Positions 1 to 8,560 of a stretch of 64,000 bases of DNA are shown here, piece after piece (the first letter of the stretch is position 1; each line of letters begins with the position of its first letter). Source of the stretch: Deferribacteres bacterium (GTDB lineage Bacteria > Zhuqueibacterota > Zhuqueibacteria > Zhuqueibacterales > Geothermadaptataceae); contig JACKDE010000003.1 in the NCBI GenBank assembly GCA_020633675.1, positions 580,542 through 644,541 of the forward strand, in the 5' to 3' direction. The position numbers and the translations under genes were made by a program. Below the pieces are notes generated by a model that was not told the DNA's origin, made no database searches, and saw only the letters and a program-made list of their open reading frames with translations.

Positions 1-95
1 CGCCCCATTTTAACATGTTGAAATTCCAAAATAGACCAAATATCTCCGTCCATTTTGAAGGTAAAGCCAGAACGAAAATCTGCTGTGCTTGCCAT
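1..95 (-). CDS. efp: Elongation factor P, N-terminal fragment. The gene runs off the left edge of the window.
   Basis: The reverse complement of 1-95 reads [31 protein letters not shown], the characteristic EF-P N-terminus (FQHVK.GKG region). A GAGG Shine-Dalgarno lies about 9 nt upstream of the ATG at 95. It is missing from the ORF track because only 31 codons fall inside the window. Confidence 0.7.
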   Translation of the reverse strand, partial: MASTADFRSGFTFKMDGDIWSILEFQHVKMG

Positions 96-195
96 GAACT
101 CTGCCTCAATCTACCTTTAAATCTTAATTTTGACTTTTGCGTTGTCAAAAAAATAGTAAATTATTTCAAATTTGCCGAAAAATTGCGCCTTGGCG

Positions 196-204
196 TGATA
201 TAAT
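196..204 (+). promoter_or_regulatory. Extended -10 promoter element (TGaTATAAT) upstream of the aminotransferase gene
   Basis: tgatataat at 196-204 is a perfect TGnTATAAT, about 70 nt upstream of the ATG at 273. No good -35 sits at 17 bp: TTGCCG at 172-177 would need a 21-bp spacer. Confidence 0.4.
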
Positions 205-272
205 CAAAGCGGGCAATATAACCTAAAAGCCAGAAAAAGTCAACCGCAATTGTTTTGAAAAGGATACCAAAA

Positions 273-1532
273 ATGTCAGACGGTATGATTGCCAGTAAAA
301 TCGACACGATACGATCACAATTCCCGGCATTGCAGCGAAAAGGCCATGCCGGCCAACCATGCGTTTATTTTGACGCACCCGGTGGTACGCAGGTCCCGGC
401 AGCCGTGATCGAAGCGATGAAACACTATCTTTCAGCTCAGAATTCCAATACACACGGCCAGTTTATCACCAGCGAAGAAAGCGATCAGGTCATCGAGCAT
501 GCACGTGAGTTAGGTGCCGCGTTTATCGGCGCTCCGGGTGCCAGTGACATCCATTTTGGCGCCAACATGTCGACCATCACCTTTCACCTCAGCCGTGCTT
601 TGCTGAACATGCTATCGGCTGGAGACGAAATTATCATCACCCGCCTCGACCACGACGCCAACATTTCGCCGTGGCTGGCTCTGCAAAAATTTGGCATCCA
701 GATCAAATGGGTCGATTTTAATCCAGAAAATTGTACGCTGAAAATGGACGATTTCGGCAAATTGCTCAGCGATCGCACCCGGCTTGTTGCCGTAGGCTAT
801 GCCAGCAACGCTGTCGGCACCATTAATGATGCAAAAAGCATCGTTAAGCAAGCGAAGGCTGCCGGCGCGCTGACGTTTATCGATGCCGTTCATTTTGCAC
901 CGCACGGTTTAATAGATGTCAAAGCCATCGATTGCGATTTTTTGGTCTGCAGTGCCTACAAATTTTTCGGGCCACACATCGGTATGGCTTATGTCAGAAA
1001 ATCCGTCGCCGACATTTTGCAGGTGGATCGCGTACGCCCGCAGAATCCATTACCACCGGAAAAATTCGAAACCGGCACGCTCAATCACGAGGGCATCGCT
1101 GGTTTTAATGCAGCGATGAACTACCTGGCCAGCCTCTCGCAAACCGATAGCCCGACAACTGATGTGCGCCAGGCTATCGTGAAAAGCATGGCTGCTATTT
1201 CGGCCTACGAGCAGCAGTTGTCGCGAAAGCTGATCACTGGCCTGCAGGATATAACTGGTGTGAAAATCTATGGCATAGCCGATCTCAAGGCGCTGGCACA
1301 CCGCACACCTACCGTGTCCATCACGGTAGAAGGCCATACGCCACAGGGGATCGCCCATGAACTGGGCAAGCGTGATATTTTTGTTTGGGATGGTGATTTT
1401 TACGCGGTGGAGGTCATTCAGCGACTTGGGCTCGAAAAGAGCGGCGGGCTGGTTCGAATCGGCCTGACACACTACAGCACGACGTCTGAAATCGATCGCT
1501 TGCTGGCTGGATTACGGGAAATTGCCCGATGA
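273..1532 (+). CDS. Class-V aminotransferase, cysteine desulfurase-like family protein
   Basis: The 419-425 aa ORF begins IRSQFPAL...VYFDAPGGTQVP...AMKHYL... and contains SAYKFFGPH.G, typical of the cysteine desulfurase-like (NifS/CsdA-related) fold. The ATG at 273 is preferred over the TTG at 255. Confidence 0.75.
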   Translation: MSDGMIASKIDTIRSQFPALQRKGHAGQPCVYFDAPGGTQVPAAVIEAMKHYLSAQNSNTHGQFITSEESDQVIEHARELGAAFIGAPGASDIHFGANMSTITFHLSRALLNMLSAGDEIIITRLDHDANISPWLALQKFGIQIKWVDFNPENCTLKMDDFGKLLSDRTRLVAVGYASNAVGTINDAKSIVKQAKAAGALTFIDAVHFAPHGLIDVKAIDCDFLVCSAYKFFGPHIGMAYVRKSVADILQVDRVRPQNPLPPEKFETGTLNHEGIAGFNAAMNYLASLSQTDSPTTDVRQAIVKSMAAISAYEQQLSRKLITGLQDITGVKIYGIADLKALAHRTPTVSITVEGHTPQGIAHELGKRDIFVWDGDFYAVEVIQRLGLEKSGGLVRIGLTHYSTTSEIDRLLAGLREIAR

Positions 1533-2782
1533 ATTTGAAGGAGAAGCTTCGCCAGTTGGACAAGTCCGGACCACCTGCAGCCCCTGCGCAACCACCATCG
1601 CGGGCGCTCGATGATGTCGAGGCAGTTGCATCCATGCTCGGCGGCGAGGTGGTTGAAAACGACTCTGGCGCTTTTATCCGCTTCCGGTACGTGATTCCGC
1701 TGTCGCGCCGCCACGGCAGCATCGAGCTGTCGCTGATCGAAGAAATCAGTGGCCATTCGGTCGAAGCATTCTCTAAAAAATCCGTTCCACACAGCTTCAA
1801 TCTCACTGACGCCGTGTACATCGATACCGAAACCACAGGTCTGGCTGGCGGGACTGGCACGTACGTTTTTCTGATTGGCGCCGGCTACATCGAGAACAAT
1901 AACTTTGTGATCGAACAACTTTTCCTGCCCCGGCTGGCTGATGAGTTGGCGATGCTGGAGTACCTGAATTCATTGGTTTCGGAGCGCAATGGTCTGGTGA
2001 GCTTCAACGGCAAATCTTTTGACATTCCGCTGCTGGTCACGCGCTGCATCGCGAATCGGTTGCAGCCGGTTTTAAACCTGCACCAGCACCTCGATCTGCT
2101 GCACGCAGCACGGCGTATTTGGAAACAAGATTACGGCAATTGCCGGCTCGGCACACTGGAATCGGCACTGATGGGATTCGAACGCTATGAAGACATTCCC
2201 GGCGAAGAAATTCCCTACATCTACATGGAGTTTTTACGCTACGGCCACACCGAACGACTGACCCCCGTGCTCTCGCACAATAAGCTCGATATCGCCAGCC
2301 TGGTGGCGCTGGTCATTGTCCTGGCCGAGAAGGTTGAACAGCGCGATGTCAGCGATCTTCCCGCGCAACAGGTGCAGCGTTTGGCTCGTCTTCACGCTGA
2401 AAACAAGGCTTTCGAGCGCGCGGCTGAAATATTCCATCACATGCAAAACCACCCCGAGCTCACCGAAAATGAAAAAAGCCAGCACATCCTGGCTCAGGCG
2501 CAGGTACAAAAAAGACTCGGCAATTTTGAACAGGCTATTTCGCTTTGGCAACAATCCACCGGTTTCGGCTCGCTGGCGTTGGAGGCTTTTGTTGAGCTAG
2601 CCAAATATTATGAGCACCGCGAAAAAGATTTCCAGACCGCGCTCGACTACACCCAAAAAGCCACGAGCATTTTAAAAACGCGGGCGTCTTTGCGTGGCCA
2701 GGTGATGATGGACGAAGCGCAGCAATTGCTGCAGCATCGTGCCAAGCGTCTGCAGCGGAAGATTGCCAAAAGGCAGAAATGA
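1529..2782 (+). CDS. YprB-like RNase-H-fold (predicted 3'-5' exonuclease) protein with a C-terminal TPR region (COG3359-like)
   Basis: YIDTETTGL...GTYVFLIGAGY...FNGKSFDIPLL...HLDLLH is the DEDD-like pattern of the RNase_H_2/YprB family. The C-terminal 120 aa is helical and TPR-like. The start overlaps the upstream stop (ATGA at 1529-1532). Confidence 0.65.
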   Translation: MNLKEKLRQLDKSGPPAAPAQPPSRALDDVEAVASMLGGEVVENDSGAFIRFRYVIPLSRRHGSIELSLIEEISGHSVEAFSKKSVPHSFNLTDAVYIDTETTGLAGGTGTYVFLIGAGYIENNNFVIEQLFLPRLADELAMLEYLNSLVSERNGLVSFNGKSFDIPLLVTRCIANRLQPVLNLHQHLDLLHAARRIWKQDYGNCRLGTLESALMGFERYEDIPGEEIPYIYMEFLRYGHTERLTPVLSHNKLDIASLVALVIVLAEKVEQRDVSDLPAQQVQRLARLHAENKAFERAAEIFHHMQNHPELTENEKSQHILAQAQVQKRLGNFEQAISLWQQSTGFGSLALEAFVELAKYYEHREKDFQTALDYTQKATSILKTRASLRGQVMMDEAQQLLQHRAKRLQRKIAKRQK

Positions 2783-2813
2783 ATGCTTGCTGCCCTGTTT
2801 TGTCACCTTTCGG

Positions 2814-3215
2814 TAGTCTAACGTGAGTTCGATATAAGCAGAACATCGCCCCTTCAGCCCGAGCGCAGTCGAGGGCGATTGGGAACTCCTGTACAATGCG
2901 CTCAAAACCTTCATGGTTCGACTTCGCAAGATGGGTTGATCGAAAGCGTCCTCAAATGCAATTGTTGCATGCGAATCGTGATTGTCCAGTTTTTTTTGTG
3001 CGTGTCAATCGCGACGAACAACTCAGCATTTCGAAAATCAATTTATTTTGTTACCGTTTTCATGATGGCTCTTTTTTCTTATTTTTGAATTGCTGCTTGT
3101 ATCCAAAACAACAAAGGAGCCGTCATTTTTCAAACTCTTTTTAAAATAATGTCTCACCATGAAGATTATTTTCAATTCAATCGATAGCGACTTACATCGA
3201 ACTCACGTTAGTCTA
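2814..3215. repeat. Non-coding element of about 400 bp bounded by inverted repeats (MITE-like), lying between convergent genes
   Basis: tagtctaacgtgagttcgat (2814-2833) and atcgaactcacgttagtcta (3196-3215) are reverse complements at 19 of 20 positions. The 16 bp at 2818-2833 and 3196-3211 match perfectly. The interior is AT-rich with no credible ORF. Confidence 0.6.
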
Positions 3216-3220
3216 AATAA

Positions 3221-3255
3221 AAAAGGCGAACTACCTCTTTTGGTGATCGCCTTTT
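3221..3255 (-). terminator. Candidate intrinsic terminator of the PPIase gene
   Basis: aaaaggcga (3221-3229) pairs with tcgcctttt (3247-3255) in a 9-bp stem with a 17-nt loop. On the minus strand it is followed by ttattt, and it starts 28 nt after the stop at 3283. Confidence 0.4.
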
Positions 3256-3282
3256 CTGTCTTCGATAAACTCAAATTGCAAG

Positions 3283-3828
3283 CTATTGTGTACGCTTGAA
3301 GATATGGTATCCAACTTTGGTTTTTATAATGCCCGATATTTGATTTGGAGAAAGTGCCAAAATAGCTTGCTCAAATTCCGGCGCCAGTTCGCCTTTGTAG
3401 AATTCTCCCAAATCACCGCCTCTCCTAGCCGAGGCCGGATCGATGGAATTCTCCTTCGCAGCCGCTGCAAAATCCAACCCGCCACGGATTTTTTGTAGCA
3501 GGTCATTCGCTTCCTGTTCGGTGCGCACCACGATCATCATCGCCTTGTATGGCTTTCCCATCAGCTCTTTGCGGCTGGCGGTAACCGATTCTTTCCAAAT
3601 GTATCCTACCAGGCTAACCTGTACCCATTTGTCATTATCTTTTAAAACGATCATCTCCGCACCTTTGCTGGCAGTTGCCAACACCTCACCCTGTGGCGCC
3701 GTACGGATATTTTCCTGTGGCGCTTTCACATAAATACGCATGCCTTGCAAAAAAATCTCACGGGCGAAACCGCTCAGGGCAAGGCTGGCGACAATGCCCA
3801 CAATCAATCCCGCAACAAACTTCTTCAT
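3283..3828 (-). CDS. Parvulin-type peptidyl-prolyl cis-trans isomerase (PpiC family) with a signal/anchor sequence and an SH3-like N-domain
   Basis: The C-terminal region reads FAAAAKENSIDP.SA..GGDLGEF.KGEL.PEFE.A...L....ISG.IKT..GYHIFK, the rotamase signature. The N-terminus MKKFVAGLIVGIVASLALSG is hydrophobic. Confidence 0.8.
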   Translation of the reverse strand: MKKFVAGLIVGIVASLALSGFAREIFLQGMRIYVKAPQENIRTAPQGEVLATASKGAEMIVLKDNDKWVQVSLVGYIWKESVTASRKELMGKPYKAMMIVVRTEQEANDLLQKIRGGLDFAAAAKENSIDPASARRGGDLGEFYKGELAPEFEQAILALSPNQISGIIKTKVGYHIFKRTQ

Positions 3829-3847
3829 CCCTCTTTCCTCCCTTCGA

Positions 3848-5248
3848 TTAGTGATTGCCTGCCGGCAAAACCTCTCTTTTTTTAGTTAACATAATCTGCA
3901 ACTCGGTCGCTTCATCTGCATGCACTTGTACAGCCGGAAACATCTGCGTTGCATAGCCATCAGCACTGACTTCCAGCGTGTAGACGCCTGGCAGCAACAA
4001 TCGTTCGAAGCGCCCAAACAGTGGCTCAGAAAATCTGGGTGCAACATAGCGCGATTCATGATTTTTTATACGAATGCGTGCGACCAGTGGCGCACCGGTT
4101 TGCCCGTCGATGACATGGCCGCGAATGTTGGCAACTAGAGCGCGATTCAAAAAATAATCGATGCCCGCCAAGCCTTCTTCGACCACTCTTCTGGTATCGC
4201 GCTCACCGGTGTAATATTCATCCCCCAGCTCGACGATGAAGTCCACCGCACGCAACCGCCCGTACATCCACACCGAGCTTTGGCCAACGCGGCCATTCAA
4301 GGGCAAAAGTGCGTAGGTGGAACGGCCAGACAGTTTGCGCATACAGGAAGCCAATTTCTGTCCAACTTCGTAAATCAGGTCCTGATCCGGTGCTGTATAG
4401 TAGTTTCCCCAAGGGTACAGCACCACTTCACCGTAGCTGTGAAAAGACAAGCCTGCAAAAATATTTTCGCGCAATGCCAGTGTTTGCATCGCTTCGATTT
4501 CATTTTCAGAGAACGGTTTGGTGCCGCGAAAAAACCAGCTTGCCGGATTATCTTCCCCGCCTTGCTGCCAATTATAATCATAATTCCGGTTTAAATCAAC
4601 CCCATCGATCGTTGGGTTGAAAATTCCGTCATGATCATTATCGCGAAGGTTTTTGCGCCACCACGGGAAACCAAGCTTGTGGTCAAAAACATACTTGTAG
4701 CCTTCCGGATTCACAATGGGCACAACCCACAATTCCAGCTCATCGACAAGCCTTTGCGTGGCGGCATTGCTGCGATAATCCCTCAGCAAGTTCTCCACCA
4801 GCCGCATACAAAGCACGCCGCCGATGGGTTCTCGCGCATGGTGAATGGCGGAGAAAAGCACCGCACTCTCATCTTCCTCCACTGCAGCATTGTCGCTGAT
4901 TTTCAGTGCATACAGCGGCAAGCCCATGCTGGTACTTGCACCGATCTGCTCGACAGCAAGCAGCTTCGGATACTGCATCTGCAGCCGATCTATCCAGTTA
5001 TAAAGGCTATCGAGGGTTGGAAAATGGTCGTATTGCCGGTTGGCAAAAGCTCGCCGCTGCAGTCCAGAGCTTTTGGCATAGGCGCTGGCGTCGTCGCTGT
5101 GGCTGGCGCCATGCGTTCGCTGGTTTGGCGATACCATTTTTTTTACGAGGAAAAAGCTGGTCAGGGTTGGAAATTCAAACGGCAGAAGGAGAACGACAAT
5201 AGCCGCGAGAACGGCTTTTGTCCCATAACGAAGTATTGCGCTTTTCAT
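3848..5248 (-). CDS. M14-family zinc carboxypeptidase with a C-terminal carboxypeptidase-regulatory-like (Ig-like) domain
   Basis: Motifs seen: HHAREPIG (zinc ligand), NPEGY, FHSYGEVVLYPWG. The tail GVYTLEVSADGY is typical of the CarboxypepD_reg fold. An N-terminal signal/anchor is present. Confidence 0.8.
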   Translation of the reverse strand: MKSAILRYGTKAVLAAIVVLLLPFEFPTLTSFFLVKKMVSPNQRTHGASHSDDASAYAKSSGLQRRAFANRQYDHFPTLDSLYNWIDRLQMQYPKLLAVEQIGASTSMGLPLYALKISDNAAVEEDESAVLFSAIHHAREPIGGVLCMRLVENLLRDYRSNAATQRLVDELELWVVPIVNPEGYKYVFDHKLGFPWWRKNLRDNDHDGIFNPTIDGVDLNRNYDYNWQQGGEDNPASWFFRGTKPFSENEIEAMQTLALRENIFAGLSFHSYGEVVLYPWGNYYTAPDQDLIYEVGQKLASCMRKLSGRSTYALLPLNGRVGQSSVWMYGRLRAVDFIVELGDEYYTGERDTRRVVEEGLAGIDYFLNRALVANIRGHVIDGQTGAPLVARIRIKNHESRYVAPRFSEPLFGRFERLLLPGVYTLEVSADGYATQMFPAVQVHADEATELQIMLTKKREVLPAGNH

Positions 5249-5381
5249 GAACGTGAACGAGCTCGCTGTTATCCCTGTAATGCTGAATCCAACGTCAGTT
5301 CGACTCTGTGATTTGTGCCCTTGGTCAAGCGAATGGCTTGGGTGGTACGACGAAATCCAATATCATGCCGGACTTTTTCGG

Positions 5382-5918
5382 TTACTCGCTGAGCCAAAGC
5401 GCAATGATGTCATCAATCAAGCGCTCAAGCGTGTCTCGCGTCATCAGCACCGGTATGCGCCGGCGTGAATGTTCGCTGGCAAGCTTTTGGTATCTATGCA
5501 CAGAACAGGTATTTTTATTAGAGAAAAGGATTTCAAAATAATGATACCCATCCTTTTTCGGCACTGGCTTGCTGCTGCGAATTTGGACGACACCATTTTG
5601 CTGATCAAACTCGATCAAGGCAAGATTCTCGGTCAAATAATCGATGGTGCTGATCAGACGATTCGCGCATACGAGCAAACGTTGTTCGGACACATTGCCG
5701 GCGACGCTCTCGATCCGCAAACCAGAAAACAGGAAACTATACCGGTCTTTATCGCAGATTGCAGCTTCCACATGGATGCCGCCATAGCTTTTTTTAAAAG
5801 TTTCAGCCTTTGTGGCCGAATCGGTCCTGCTCTCAGCCAACAACTCCCAGCGAAGCAAAGCATCGACAAACTTTTTTCCATAGTCCATAATAACCTCCCT
5901 TTTAAATGTCTTCCCCAT
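5382..5918 (-). CDS. Hypothetical protein, fourth gene of the prkA-yeaH-spoVR transcription unit
   Basis: A 168-178 aa ORF with no recognisable motif. It is on the same strand and starts 39 bp after the spoVR stop. M11 at 5888 is an alternative start. Confidence 0.5.
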   Translation of the reverse strand: MGKTFKREVIMDYGKKFVDALLRWELLAESRTDSATKAETFKKSYGGIHVEAAICDKDRYSFLFSGLRIESVAGNVSEQRLLVCANRLISTIDYLTENLALIEFDQQNGVVQIRSSKPVPKKDGYHYFEILFSNKNTCSVHRYQKLASEHSRRRIPVLMTRDTLERLIDDIIALWLSE

Positions 5919-5957
5919 TTAAAACCGGAGTTCAAACTCAAGCTCAGTCAACTATTT

Positions 5958-7457
5958 TTACTCGATTTCACGTACTTTATGTTCCTTGCCATCGAAATGT
6001 AGCAGCGTCTTTTTCTCTTTGAGCCGGGTTTCGAGATGGACAGGACGGCTCCAGATTTTCTGGATATTGGCGAGCGTATCCTGCGCTTCGTCAACTTTCA
6101 AATCCACCCCCTCATGGCGATGCGACAGGTAGAGTTCACCGCGATTCATATAATTTGCATCTTCCACAAAAATAAAGGGTTGCCCCCAATTTGTCAAAGA
6201 ATAGAGCAAACGCTGTTTCACCACCTGAAAATCACGATCCGAAATTTCATAATAGCCACTGCGCTGATTGTAATCGTAGGCAAAAAGATGATGTTCGCGC
6301 GCAAAATCAATTGTTAAAAAGGCATCGATGAACATGACATCATTGTACATTTTGCGCACTTCAAAGATTTTTTCCATGCCCAGGCCGACCTGTTTGTCCC
6401 AGTTTTTGCGCGCCAGGTAATCTTCACATTCATTGAATTCTTTGCCGAATTTGCCCTTGTTCCAACGATCTTCAATGTCGCGAAACAATTCGAGACCGAT
6501 TTTATAGGGATTGAGCCGGCCCGGCTGGGTGGCGACGGTGCCGGAGTGATGGTCGGCATAATCGATTACCTCGGCATCGTTCAGCACTCTTGTCGTCATG
6601 ATTTTTGAATGCCAATAGGTCGCCCAGCCTTCGTTCATGATTTTGGTCTGTCCCTGTGGCGCAAAGTAGTAAGCTTCATCGCGGATGATAGACAGAATAT
6701 CGCGCTGCCACTCTTCTATCGGAGCATGTTGAATCAAAAACAATAAAATGTCGCGCTGCGGTGTCAGTGGATATTTCTTGCGGGTATCTTCCTGCCGTTT
6801 GCGCCATTCAGCTTGCTGCTTTTCAACCACTTCCGGCGGATTGATATAGCTTTCCATGTACTCTTTATCGGCTTTGAATTTGAAACGCAAACTTTGTTTT
6901 TCTGCATCAAAATCATCGCCATTTTGAGAAGAACCGTTTTTTTCGAAAAATACCGAGTGCGGATCGATCAAGTTTTCAATCGACAGGCACAGGTCAATAA
7001 AATCTTCGACCGCTTCTTCACCAAATTTTTCGATATGGCGCTGAACACGAACAGCATGATTGGCCATGTCATCGATCATTTTACGATTGGTTTTGGAAAA
7101 CCACATGTTGTTTTTAAAAAAATCGCAGTGGCCGTAAACGTGAGCGATGACCAGCTTCTGATCGGTGAGCATGTTGCTGCGCATCAGGTATGCATAGCAT
7201 GGATCATTATTGATGACCATCTCATAAATTTTAGCGAGACCGTATGAATAGCTCTTCGAGAGCTCATCATATTCCATTCCGAAACGCCAGTGCGGATAAC
7301 GCGTCGGGAAGCCGCCATAGCTGGCGAAAGCGTTGATCTGATCATAATCGACAATTTCGAAAATCGTTTCGAACATATCGAGGCCGTACGCAAGCGCGTA
7401 GCCTTTAATTTCTTCCACAGCAGCGATAATGTCCTGTTCAATTTTATCCATGCTCAT
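5958..7457 (-). CDS. spoVR: SpoVR family protein
   Basis: Full-length match to the remembered SpoVR/YcgB pattern ([10 protein letters not shown]...[14 protein letters not shown]...AHVYGH.DFFKNN...NEGWA.YWH). The start overlaps the yeaH stop (ATGA). Confidence 0.9.
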   Translation of the reverse strand: MSMDKIEQDIIAAVEEIKGYALAYGLDMFETIFEIVDYDQINAFASYGGFPTRYPHWRFGMEYDELSKSYSYGLAKIYEMVINNDPCYAYLMRSNMLTDQKLVIAHVYGHCDFFKNNMWFSKTNRKMIDDMANHAVRVQRHIEKFGEEAVEDFIDLCLSIENLIDPHSVFFEKNGSSQNGDDFDAEKQSLRFKFKADKEYMESYINPPEVVEKQQAEWRKRQEDTRKKYPLTPQRDILLFLIQHAPIEEWQRDILSIIRDEAYYFAPQGQTKIMNEGWATYWHSKIMTTRVLNDAEVIDYADHHSGTVATQPGRLNPYKIGLELFRDIEDRWNKGKFGKEFNECEDYLARKNWDKQVGLGMEKIFEVRKMYNDVMFIDAFLTIDFAREHHLFAYDYNQRSGYYEISDRDFQVVKQRLLYSLTNWGQPFIFVEDANYMNRGELYLSHRHEGVDLKVDEAQDTLANIQKIWSRPVHLETRLKEKKTLLHFDGKEHKVREIE

Positions 7458-8557
7458 TTTCCTTTGCCCAAAAACTCTTTGATCGATGGATAAATTGCTT
7501 CCTTGTCGGCGATCTCGGATAAGATGAGATTCTCTGCTTCGGGAAAATGGTCGACCAGATCATGCATAAACTGGCCGCTGCCATATGGGCTTTCGACCTG
7601 CCCGTAGCAAAACATGTTCACTACAGGCAAAATCTGGTCCTTTAATGTCGATACGCACTCATCGGTATCGACTTCACCCCAGTTATCGCCATCGGAAAAA
7701 TGAAACATATAAATATTCCAATCTTCCACCGGATATTCGTCACGCACAATTTGGCTGGCCAGCTTGTACGCCGATGAAATGACCGTTCCACCGCTTTCAC
7801 GCGTGTGGTAGAACGTCTGCTGGTCGACTTCGCGCGCCACCGCATCGTGTATGATATAGCGCGTCTCGATATTTTTATACTGATAGCGCAACCAGGTATC
7901 GATCCAAAAGGACTCGATTCGCACGATCTCCTTTTGCTCATCTCCCATCGACCCGGAGACGTCCATCATGTACATAATCACCGCAGCCGCTTCGGGTTCG
8001 ACTTTGGTTTTCCAGGTGCGGTAGCGCCGGTCTTCATGGATCGGCACAATAATCGGATCTTTCGGATTGTATGTTTGCGAAATCAGATGCCGCCGCAGCG
8101 CCTGTTTGTAGGTGCGCTTGAAATGCCGCAACGATTCTGGTCCGGACTTGGCGATACCCGTATAGCGATCCTTTTCCGAGACGACGCTCTTCTTACCCTT
8201 TGGTTCGATATTCGGAAGCTCGAGTTCGTCCGCCAGCATCTGTGCCAGCTCTTCCAGGGTGATATCGACTTCAAGGATGTGCTGTCCTTCGCCCTGACCG
8301 GCAGCGCCCGGTTCATCGCCATCGCCGCGACCGATTGGTGTGCCGACATCGCCTTCGCCCTGGCCGACACCGCCGGATTGGCGCGGATCGTGCCGAAAGT
8401 GCGGGATGTTGATGTGCGGCACCGGGATCGACACCAGATCACGGCCTTTTTTGCCGATCATTTCGCCGCTGGTAATATACTTTCGCAAATTGCGTTTGAT
8501 ACGACCACGGATAATATTGCGAAAGCGCGAGTGGTCTTTTTCGATTCGCGTCGCCAT
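7454..8557 (-). CDS. yeaH: YeaH/YhbH family protein (DUF444, vWA-like)
   Basis: Begins RIE.DHSRFR.I.RG.I...LRKYI, then a Gly/Asp-rich acidic loop, then MDVSGSMG (a vWA MIDAS-like motif). It sits between prkA and spoVR, as in the canonical operon. Confidence 0.85.
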   Translation of the reverse strand: MATRIEKDHSRFRNIIRGRIKRNLRKYITSGEMIGKKGRDLVSIPVPHINIPHFRHDPRQSGGVGQGEGDVGTPIGRGDGDEPGAAGQGEGQHILEVDITLEELAQMLADELELPNIEPKGKKSVVSEKDRYTGIAKSGPESLRHFKRTYKQALRRHLISQTYNPKDPIIVPIHEDRRYRTWKTKVEPEAAAVIMYMMDVSGSMGDEQKEIVRIESFWIDTWLRYQYKNIETRYIIHDAVAREVDQQTFYHTRESGGTVISSAYKLASQIVRDEYPVEDWNIYMFHFSDGDNWGEVDTDECVSTLKDQILPVVNMFCYGQVESPYGSGQFMHDLVDHFPEAENLILSEIADKEAIYPSIKEFLGKGK

Positions 8558-8560
8558 GTG

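Noticed and set aside
1451-1460. The motif ggttcgaatc, which resembles a tRNA T-arm. I also scanned the other intergenic regions for tRNA, tmRNA and RNase P signatures.
   Set aside because: The motif is inside the aminotransferase CDS and has no flanking acceptor or anticodon stems. I saw no GAGGAAAGUCC (RNase P) or tRNA cloverleaf in any spacer.
2879-3144. Two overlapping plus-strand ORFs (69 and 82 aa) inside the element bounded by inverted repeats.
   Set aside because: They have no RBS, a Cys/Phe-rich composition that does not look protein-like, and they overlap each other. Only the hydrophobic 39-codon sub-ORF is kept as a speculative note in the corresponding finding.
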